From a virus (Duplodnaviria > Heunggongvirae > Uroviricota > Caudoviricetes): a stretch of 48,880 nucleotides of DNA. The notes beneath the pieces were generated by a model. It saw only the letters and a list, made by a program, of their open reading frames with translations, was not told the DNA's origin and made no database searches. The stretch lies in IMG/VR virus record IMGVR_UViG_2877274432_000013; one strand, written 5' to 3'. This document shows, in pieces, positions 41,509 to 48,880 of the stretch. The position numbers and the translations under genes were made by a program. Positions within the stretch are counted from its first letter, which is position 1, and each line of letters opens with the position of its first letter.

Positions 41509-42404
41509 AGATCCACCCCGTAAATCCAGTCTGTGTTTGTCAGGTCGAGTTTTGGTTTGCTGGCTGTCACGACTGCCTGTTGCTTGTTACGGTTGATTTC
41601 GAGCTGGGTCCACTTGTCGCGGAGTTTGGCCGGGCTAAGCACGTTACCGGACCAGAAGTTGTCCTGGCATGCCCAGCGGAACAGTACACACATGTCGCGA
41701 TGGTTACGTCCGTCACGTTCACGCATCAGGCGGATATCGTTAGCCCACCCAGCAAAATTCGGTTTTCTGGCTGATGGTGCGATAGTCTTCACCATGTCAA
41801 ACATCCACTCTGCGGCGGTCAGGTCTTCTGCTGTCCCCCACTTGCTGCCGCTCTGAATTGCAGCATCCGGTTTAACCACAGAAAGATCGTTTTCTGGCTG
41901 GTCAGAGGATTCGCCAGAATTCTCGGACGAATAATCTTTTCTTTTTTCTTTTGTAATAGTGTCTTTTGTGTCCACCTGTTTTGAGGGATAGCAATCCCCC
42001 AATTTGAGGGATGTTTTATCCCTCGTTTTAGGGGATTTTCCCTCGTTTTGAGGGATACACCATTCTGAGATGTTTTTATTTGGTCCAAACATGCCGCCTT
42101 GCTGCTTGATAATATTCATTCTGACGAGTTCTAACTTGGCTTCATTGCACCGTTTGACAGGTAACTTTGTAATCTCGCTAAGTTGAGAATCGGTGATTCT
42201 GTCCATTGGTTTATTCCACCCATAGGTTTTACGCAGAATGGCAAGCAGCACTTTAAACTGTCGCTTGGTCAGATCTGCGCCTGAATAAGCCTCAAGCAGC
42301 ATATTTGATAGTCTGGCGTAACCATCATCGATATCAGCCACTCTTCGCTCCTGTTCGGCAAAGTTACCTCTGCCGAAGTTGAGTATTTTTGCTGTATTTG
42401 TCAT
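41505..42404 (-). CDS. O: replication initiator O
   Basis: 299 aa MTNTAKILNFGRGNFAEQERRVADIDDGYARLSNML... Confidence 0.95.
   Translation of the reverse strand: MTNTAKILNFGRGNFAEQERRVADIDDGYARLSNMLLEAYSGADLTKRQFKVLLAILRKTYGWNKPMDRITDSQLSEITKLPVKRCNEAKLELVRMNIIKQQGGMFGPNKNISEWCIPQNEGKSPKTRDKTSLKLGDCYPSKQVDTKDTITKEKRKDYSSENSGESSDQPENDLSVVKPDAAIQSGSKWGTAEDLTAAEWMFDMVKTIAPSARKPNFAGWANDIRLMRERDGRNHRDMCVLFRWACQDNFWSGNVLSPAKLRDKWTQLEINRNKQQAVVTASKPKLDLTNTDWIYGVDL
41920..42060 (-). promoter_or_regulatory. ori-lambda inside the O gene (iterons plus AT-rich region)
   Basis: Repeated ATCCCTCAAAACGAGGGA-type iterons and adjacent A/T-rich tract. Confidence 0.7.
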
Positions 42405-42438
42405 AATGACTCCTGTGGATTGATCCAGTCTTTCTACA

Positions 42439-42720
42439 TCAGGCCTCGAAGAATTCGCCGTTCTTCGGGGCTTTTTCTTTTGTCAGGTAATCGGCAAGCC
42501 GCTTAGTCAATTCAGCCATTTCATCGTCTTCGATTCCGTATTCCAGAACAGCAAGCATCATGCTTACCTGCGAGAAGAAACCATTCTTCCATCGGCTTAC
42601 CTGATATTCAGGAACCCCCATTGCTCGAGCGAATGTCTTCTGCCCCATCAGTGCCAGTTTGTTCAGCAAGGCCGACTCGATGCGAGCCGCTTTCTTGCTT
42701 TTAGTTGCAATAGTACCCAT
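42439..42720 (-). CDS. cII: CII-like transcriptional activator
   Basis: 93 aa ...ARIESALLNKLALMGQKTFARAMGVPEYQVSRWK...; between cro and O. Confidence 0.7.
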   Translation of the reverse strand: MGTIATKSKKAARIESALLNKLALMGQKTFARAMGVPEYQVSRWKNGFFSQVSMMLAVLEYGIEDDEMAELTKRLADYLTKEKAPKNGEFFEA

Positions 42721-42836
42721 AGATAATTTCCTTAATGATTAGATAGAGTTGGCTTCGCAAAGAAACGCAAAACCATAGAGATTTGTTTCTGGTAATGCCC
42801 TTTTTCAGGGCGGTGATGTGTAAGAGCGAGAATGTC

Positions 42837-44189
<1,353 letters not shown>

Positions 44190-44239
44190 TCCTCACCTCA
44201 ATTTCGACAACCAAAAAACAAACTATTTTCCGTTTAAAA

Positions 44240-44306
44240 ACAATGGAGTTTGTTTTTCACGCCCATTTTTACAATATTTCTTGTTTACAACATACAATCT
44301 TTCTTG
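44240..44306. promoter_or_regulatory. OL operators / PL region (434 type)
   Basis: Three sites ACAATGGAGTTTGT, ACAATATTTCTTGT, ACAATCTTTCTTGT upstream of N. Confidence 0.55.
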
Positions 44307-44352
44307 TAATTTTAAGCCATCAGCAGGACGCACTAACCACCATTGAAGGTGA

Positions 44353-44383
44353 GGCTCTTAAAAATTTAGCCCTGAAGAAGGGC
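44353..44383 (+). promoter_or_regulatory. nutL (boxA plus boxB)
   Basis: GGCTCTTAAAAA followed by boxB hairpin GCCCTGAAGAAGGGC. Confidence 0.65.
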
Positions 44384-44493
44384 AGCATTCAAAGCAGAAA
44401 GCTTTGAGTAGCGCGAAATGCAGCTGCAAGACAGCAACCGTGGAGATAAGCATCACGGCGCGTTACTCAAAGCTAACTGACAGGAGAATCCAG

Positions 44494-44820
44494 ATGGATG
44501 CACAAACACGCCGCCGCGAACGTCGCGCAGAGAAACAGGCTCAATGGAAAGCAGCAAATCCCCTGTTGGTTGGGGTAAGCGCAAAGCCAGTTAACCGCCC
44601 TATTCTCTCGCTGAATCGCAAACCGAAATCACGAGTAGAAAGCGCACTGAATCCGATAGACCTTACAGTGCTGGCTGAATACCACGAACAGATTGAAAGC
44701 AACCTGCAACGTATTGAGCGCAAGAATCAGCGCACATGGTACAGCAAGCCACGCAGTGAAATGGGTGTGACTTGTGTTGGTCGCCAGAAAATGAAATTAG
44801 GCAGCAAACCACTTATTTGA
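44494..44820 (+). CDS. N: antiterminator N
   Basis: Internal start MDAQTRRRERRAEKQAQWKAANPLLVGVSAKPVN... with CAGGAG ribosome-binding site. Confidence 0.9.
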   Translation: MDAQTRRRERRAEKQAQWKAANPLLVGVSAKPVNRPILSLNRKPKSRVESALNPIDLTVLAEYHEQIESNLQRIERKNQRTWYSKPRSEMGVTCVGRQKMKLGSKPLI

Positions 44821-44831
44821 GAGGAATTAAT

Positions 44832-45455
44832 ATGTCATCAATCCGCTTAACTACGAGAATGAAAGAGGAAATCGCTCGTAACGCTTTAATTAAGTCTGGG
44901 GTTTTCACTGAACTTGAAGAAGTAACAAAGTTAAAGAACCAGCTTGCACTTGACGCCAGAGTTATTGCGTTTGGCGGTAAAAAGAAAACTGAGGAAGTGG
45001 ATCAGTTATCATCCAAGTTGGTAGCTATAAGTGAAGAACTTGGAAAGATGGGATGTTCATTTTACTCATACGATGTTCGTTCTACTTCAATTTATCTTAC
45101 TGTATCTGGCAGAAGGGTTGGATGGCTTCCATATGGGAAAGACGGCAACGGCGAAGATATATTGCTCCCTACTCCGAACAAAGATAAATGCATGTTTAGC
45201 GCAGAACACGAAATAACAAAAAGGTTTGATGAAATCTGCGCATTGCAACAAAAACTTGAAGCCAAGAAAAAGGATATCGAATCAAATGTATGGGCTGCTT
45301 TGAACTCAGTCACAACAGTTAAGCGACTTATTGAAGTTTGGCCTGAAAGCAAAGAATTGCTACCAAAAGAAGCAGATAAAGCAAGTACAGCACTTCCTGC
45401 TTTACGGGTAGAAGATTTGAATAAGATGATTGGACTTCCTTCCGAGGCCGCATAG
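44832..45455 (+). CDS. hypothetical protein in the N-cIII accessory slot
   Basis: 207 aa from ATG with GAGGAA ribosome-binding site; soluble, charged; no family recognised. Confidence 0.55.
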   Translation: MSSIRLTTRMKEEIARNALIKSGVFTELEEVTKLKNQLALDARVIAFGGKKKTEEVDQLSSKLVAISEELGKMGCSFYSYDVRSTSIYLTVSGRRVGWLPYGKDGNGEDILLPTPNKDKCMFSAEHEITKRFDEICALQQKLEAKKKDIESNVWAALNSVTTVKRLIEVWPESKELLPKEADKASTALPALRVEDLNKMIGLPSEAA

Positions 45456-45470
45456 TCGGCCTTTATTTTT
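45445..45470 (+). terminator. rho-independent terminator (tL-like)
   Basis: AGGCCG-CATAGT-CGGCCT followed by TTATTTTT; the stop codon lies in the loop. Confidence 0.55.
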
Positions 45471-45676
45471 GGCACTAACAACAGAATAAACACTGCACTG
45501 TGTATTCATTCCAACGAGTGAATACACGGAGCAATGTCGCTCGTAACTAAACAGGAGCCGACTTGTTCTGATTATTGGAAATCTTCTTTGCCCTCTAATG
45601 TGAGGGCCTTTTTATATGCATACCAATAACGCTTCACTCGAGGCGTTTTTCGTTATGTATAAATAAGGAGCACACC

Positions 45677-45841
45677 ATGCAATATGCCATTGCAGGGTGG
45701 CCTGTTGCTGGCTGCCCTTCCGAATCTTTACTTGAACGAATCACCCGTAAATTACGTGACGGATGGAAACGCCTTATCGACATACTTAATCAGCCAGGAG
45801 TCCCAAAAAATGGATCAAACACTTATGGCTATCCAGACTAA
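45677..45841 (+). CDS. cIII: CIII (FtsH inhibitor)
   Basis: 54 aa [61 protein letters not shown] ribosome-binding site; below the ORF-track size cut-off. Confidence 0.85.
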   Translation: MQYAIAGWPVAGCPSESLLERITRKLRDGWKRLIDILNQPGVPKNGSNTYGYPD

Positions 45842-45953
45842 ATTCACTATCGCCACTTTTATTGGCGATGAAAAGATGTTTCGTGAGGCCGTCGACGCTT
45901 ATAAAAAATGGATATTAATACTGAAACTGAGATCAAGCAAAAGCATTCACTAA
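45810..45953 (+). CDS. kil: Kil (host-killing / FtsZ inhibitor)
   Basis: 47 aa [47 protein letters not shown], overlapping the cIII 3' end. Confidence 0.8.
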   Translation: MDQTLMAIQTKFTIATFIGDEKMFREAVDAYKKWILILKLRSSKSIH

Positions 45954-46324
45954 CCCCCTTTCCTGTTTTCCTAATCAGCCCGGCATTTCGCGGGCGATAT
46001 TTTCACAGCTATTTCAGGAGTTCAGCCATGAACGCTTATTACATTCAGGATCGTATTGAGGCTCAGAGCTGGGCGCGTCACTACCAGCAGATCGCCCGTG
46101 AAGAGAAAGAGGCAGAACTGGCAGACGACATGGAAAAAGGCCTGCCCCAGCACCTGTTTGAATCGCTATGCATCGATCATTTGCAACGCCACGGGGCCAG
46201 CAAAAAAGCCATTACCCGTGCGTTTGATGACGATGTTGAGTTTCAGGAGCGCATGGCAGAACACATCCGGTACATGGTTGAAACTATTGCCCGCCACCAG
46301 GTTGATATTGATTCAGAGGTATAA
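45908..46324 (+). CDS. gam: Gam (RecBCD inhibitor)
   Basis: 138 aa [36 protein letters not shown]... Confidence 0.9.
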   Translation: MDINTETEIKQKHSLTPFPVFLISPAFRGRYFHSYFRSSAMNAYYIQDRIEAQSWARHYQQIAREEKEAELADDMEKGLPQHLFESLCIDHLQRHGASKKAITRAFDDDVEFQERMAEHIRYMVETIARHQVDIDSEV

Positions 46325-46329
46325 AACGG

Positions 46330-47114
46330 ATGAGTACAGCACTCGCAACGCTGGCAGGGAAGCTGGCTGAACGTGTCGGCATGGATTCTGTCGACCCACA
46401 GGAACTGATCACCACTCTTCGCCAGACGGCATTTAAAGGTGATGCCAGCGATGCGCAGTTCATCGCATTGTTGATCGTCGCCAACCAGTACGGCCTTAAT
46501 CCGTGGACGAAAGAAATTTACGCCTTCCCTGATAAGCAGAACGGCATCGTTCCGGTGGTGGGCGTTGATGGCTGGTCCCGCATCATCAATGAAAACCAGC
46601 AGTTTGATGGTATGGACTTTGAGCAGGACAATGAATCCTGCACATGCCGGATTTACCGCAAGGACCGCAATCATCCGATCTGCGTTACCGAGTGGATGGA
46701 TGAATGCCGCCGCGAACCATTCAAAACCCGCGAAGGCAGAGAAATCACGGGCCGTGGCAGTCGCATCCCAAACGGATGTTACGGCATAAAGCCATGATTC
46801 AGTGTGCCCGTCTGGCCTTCGGATTTGCTGGTATCTATGACAAGGATGAAGCCGAGCGCATTGTCGAAAATACCGCATACACTGCAGAACGTCAGCCGGA
46901 ACGCGACATCACTCCGGTTAACGATGAAACCATGCAGGAGATTAACACTCTGCTGATTGCCCTGGATAAAACATGGGATGACGACTTATTGCCGCTCTGT
47001 TCCCAGATATTTCGCCGCGACATTCGCGCATCGTCAGAACTGACACAGGCCGAAGCAGTGAAAGCTCTTGGATTCCTGAAACAGAAAGCCTCTGAACAGA
47101 AGGTGGCTGCATGA
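46330..47114 (+). pseudogene. bet: Red beta (bet), frameshifted
   Basis: N-part MSTALATLAGKLAERVGMDSVDPQEL... leaves frame after ...REITG (about 46750); C-part continues in ORF 46704-47114. Confidence 0.8.
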
Positions 47115-47789
47115 CACCGGACATTATACTGCAGCGTACCGGGATCGACGTGAGAGCTGTCGAACAGGGGGATGATGCGTGGCACAAATTACGGCTCGGC
47201 GTCATCACCGCTTCAGAAGTTCACAATGTGATAGCAAAACCCCGCTCCGGAAAGAAATGGCCTGACATGAAAATGTCCTACTTCCACACCCTGCTTGCCG
47301 AGGTTTGCACCGGTGTGGCTCCGGAAGTTAACGCTAAGGCGCTGGCCTGGGGAAAACAGTACGAGAACGACGCCAGAGTCCTGTTTGAGTTTACTTCCGG
47401 CGTGAATGTTACTGAATCCCCGATCATCTATCGCGACGAAAGTATGCGCACCGCCTGCTCTCCGATGGTTTATGCAGTGACGGCAATGGCCTTGAGCTGA
47501 AATGCCCGTTTACCTCCCGGGATTTCATGAAGTTCCGGCTCGGTGGTTTCGAGGCCATAAAGTCGGCTTACATGGCCCAGGTGCAGTACAGCATGTGGGT
47601 GACACGAAAAGATGCCTGGTACTTTGCCAACTATGACCGCGCATGAAGCGTGAAGGCCTGCATTATGTCGTGGTTGAGCGGGATGAAAATTACATGGCGA
47701 GTTTTGACGAGATGGTGCCGGAGTTCATCGAAAAAATGGACGAGGCACTGGCTGAAATTGGTTTTGTATTTGGGGAGCAATGGCGATGA
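47111..47789 (+). pseudogene. exo: Red exonuclease (exo), split over three frames
   Basis: [27 protein letters not shown]... breaks after ...TACSP (about 47465) and again near 47640; the C-terminus ...[11 protein letters not shown] is readable in a third frame. Confidence 0.8.
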
Positions 47790-47968
47790 AGCATCCTCAC
47801 GATAATATCCGGGTAGGCGCGATCACTTTCGTCTACTCCGTTACAAAGCGAGGCTGGGTATTTCCCGGTCTTTCTGTTATCCGAAATCCACTGAAAGCAC
47901 AGCGGCTGGCTGAAGAGATAAATAATAAACGAGGGGCTGTATGCACAAAGCATCTCCTGTTGAATTAA
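47780..47968 (+). CDS. orf61: lambda orf61 homologue
   Basis: 62 aa [31 protein letters not shown]... Confidence 0.7.
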   Translation: MAMKHPHDNIRVGAITFVYSVTKRGWVFPGLSVIRNPLKAQRLAEEINNKRGAVCTKHLLLN

Positions 47969-48132
47969 GAACGAGTATCGAGATGGCACATAGCCTCGCT
48001 CAAATTGGAGTCAGGTTTGTGCCAATACCAGTAGAAACAGACGAAGAATTTCATACGTTAGCCGCATCCCTTTCACAAAAGCTGGAAATGATGGCGGCGA
48101 AAGCAGAAGCAAACGAGAGAGACCCGGCATGA
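47941..48132 (+). CDS. orf63: lambda orf63 homologue
   Basis: 63 aa [37 protein letters not shown]... Confidence 0.7.
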   Translation: MHKASPVELRTSIEMAHSLAQIGVRFVPIPVETDEEFHTLAASLSQKLEMMAAKAEANERDPA

Positions 48133-48425
48133 CAACAACAGAATGCATTTTTTCTGGCAGCGGGCTTCATATTCTGTGTGCTTATGCTTGCCGACATGGG
48201 ACTTGTTCAATGACACCTCAGCAAGAAAACGCCCTTCGCAGCATTGCCCGTCAGGCTAATTCTGAAATCAAAAATGCCAGACAGCAGTTTCCGGATAAAA
48301 ACGTCGATGACATTTGCCGTAGCGTACTGAAGAAGCACCGCGAAACGGTAGCGCTGATGGGATTCACACCGACTCATTTAAGCCTGGCGATCGGCATGTT
48401 AAACGGCGTCTTTAAGGAACGGTGA
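48129..48425 (+). CDS. hypothetical protein (lambda orf60a-like C-terminal region)
   Basis: 98 aa; ATG overlaps orf63 stop; region from MTPQQENALRSIARQ... resembles lambda orf60a. Confidence 0.5.
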   Translation: MTTTECIFSGSGLHILCAYACRHGTCSMTPQQENALRSIARQANSEIKNARQQFPDKNVDDICRSVLKKHRETVALMGFTPTHLSLAIGMLNGVFKER

Positions 48426-48522
48426 ACATGAAAGCAAAATCATCAGGGAGCTACAGGCTCCTTTTTTATTGTTCGCATTCACCCTCAAGCGTATTAACCA
48501 ACAATTCAGGGATTAATGAAAG

Positions 48523-48810
48523 ATGGCAGACATCATTGATTCAGCATCAGAAATCGAAGAATTACAGCGCAATACAGCAATAAAAATGCGTCGTCTGAAC
48601 CACCAGGCTATATCTGCCACTCATTGTTGTGAGTGTGGCGATCCGATAGATGAACTAAGACGTCTGGCCGTTCAGGGTTGTCGGACTTGTGCAAGTTGCC
48701 AGGAGGAGATCGAACTTAAGAACAAACAATGGGATTGTGATGGCCTCAAAGCAGCAAATTTCAACATCGTCCAACTGAGGTGTAAAAATGTTCAGAATCA
48801 TTTTTCCTAA
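48523..48810 (+). CDS. DksA/TraR-family C4 zinc-finger protein
   Basis: 95 aa with CxxC...CxxC (CCECGDPIDELRRLAVQGCRTCASC). Confidence 0.6.
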   Translation: MADIIDSASEIEELQRNTAIKMRRLNHQAISATHCCECGDPIDELRRLAVQGCRTCASCQEEIELKNKQWDCDGLKAANFNIVQLRCKNVQNHFS

Positions 48811-48880
48811 CACCTGGTACGTCGACCACCACGGCACTCCCTGCAAAATCCTGCGTTCTACCCACAACAAAGTTCACTAC

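Noticed and set aside
45628..45652. Second hairpin-like sequence upstream of cIII considered as a terminator
   Set aside because: Stem is imperfect, essentially a CTCGAG palindrome; weaker than the two reported terminators.

Overview
This window reads as a Shigella flexneri / E. coli-type chromosomal prophage island built on a tRNA-Thr (thrW-like) attachment site and heavily reworked by IS3-family elements. Positions 1-9440 are a scrambled junction: three IS600 copies (one cut by the window start, one inserted into an otherwise intact IntD-like integrase with a 3-bp CTT target duplication, one truncating a second integrase), a degenerate IS629, two inverted copies of a 46-nt tRNA-Thr 3' fragment (att cores), an Oac-like O-antigen acyltransferase beside a tail-fibre remnant, and a xis-int module. 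From 9640 a gtrA-gtrB-gtr(type-specific) serotype-conversion operon abuts a large mosaic prophage on the minus strand (12.6-48.9 kb, continuing beyond the window): Mu/SfV-like contractile tail and baseplate, head module, terminase, lambda S-R-Rz/Rz1 lysis cassette, two phage tRNAs, Q-like antiterminator, lambda nin region with an inserted Dam methyltransferase, lambda ren-P-O with ori iterons, a phage-434-type immunity region (cro/cI with ACAA-N6-TTGT operators), N with nutL, cIII-kil-gam, and bet/exo disrupted by single-base deletions. The cargo most worth follow-up is unannotated accessory genes at classic moron positions: a three-gene insertion inside the baseplate operon with a YafO-like toxin and an unrecognised 190-aa partner; an antisense YkgJ-type Cys-cluster gene and a 'GWNGK'-motif protein between lysis and packaging genes; a secreted protein coupled to cI at the rexAB position; and a 207-aa protein in the N-cIII slot. 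Protein identities are from my own recognition of the translations, not database searches. CDS coordinates follow the supplied ORF track (internal starts by codon arithmetic); hand-counted IS ends, att cores, tRNAs, terminators and operators may be off by 1-2 nt.
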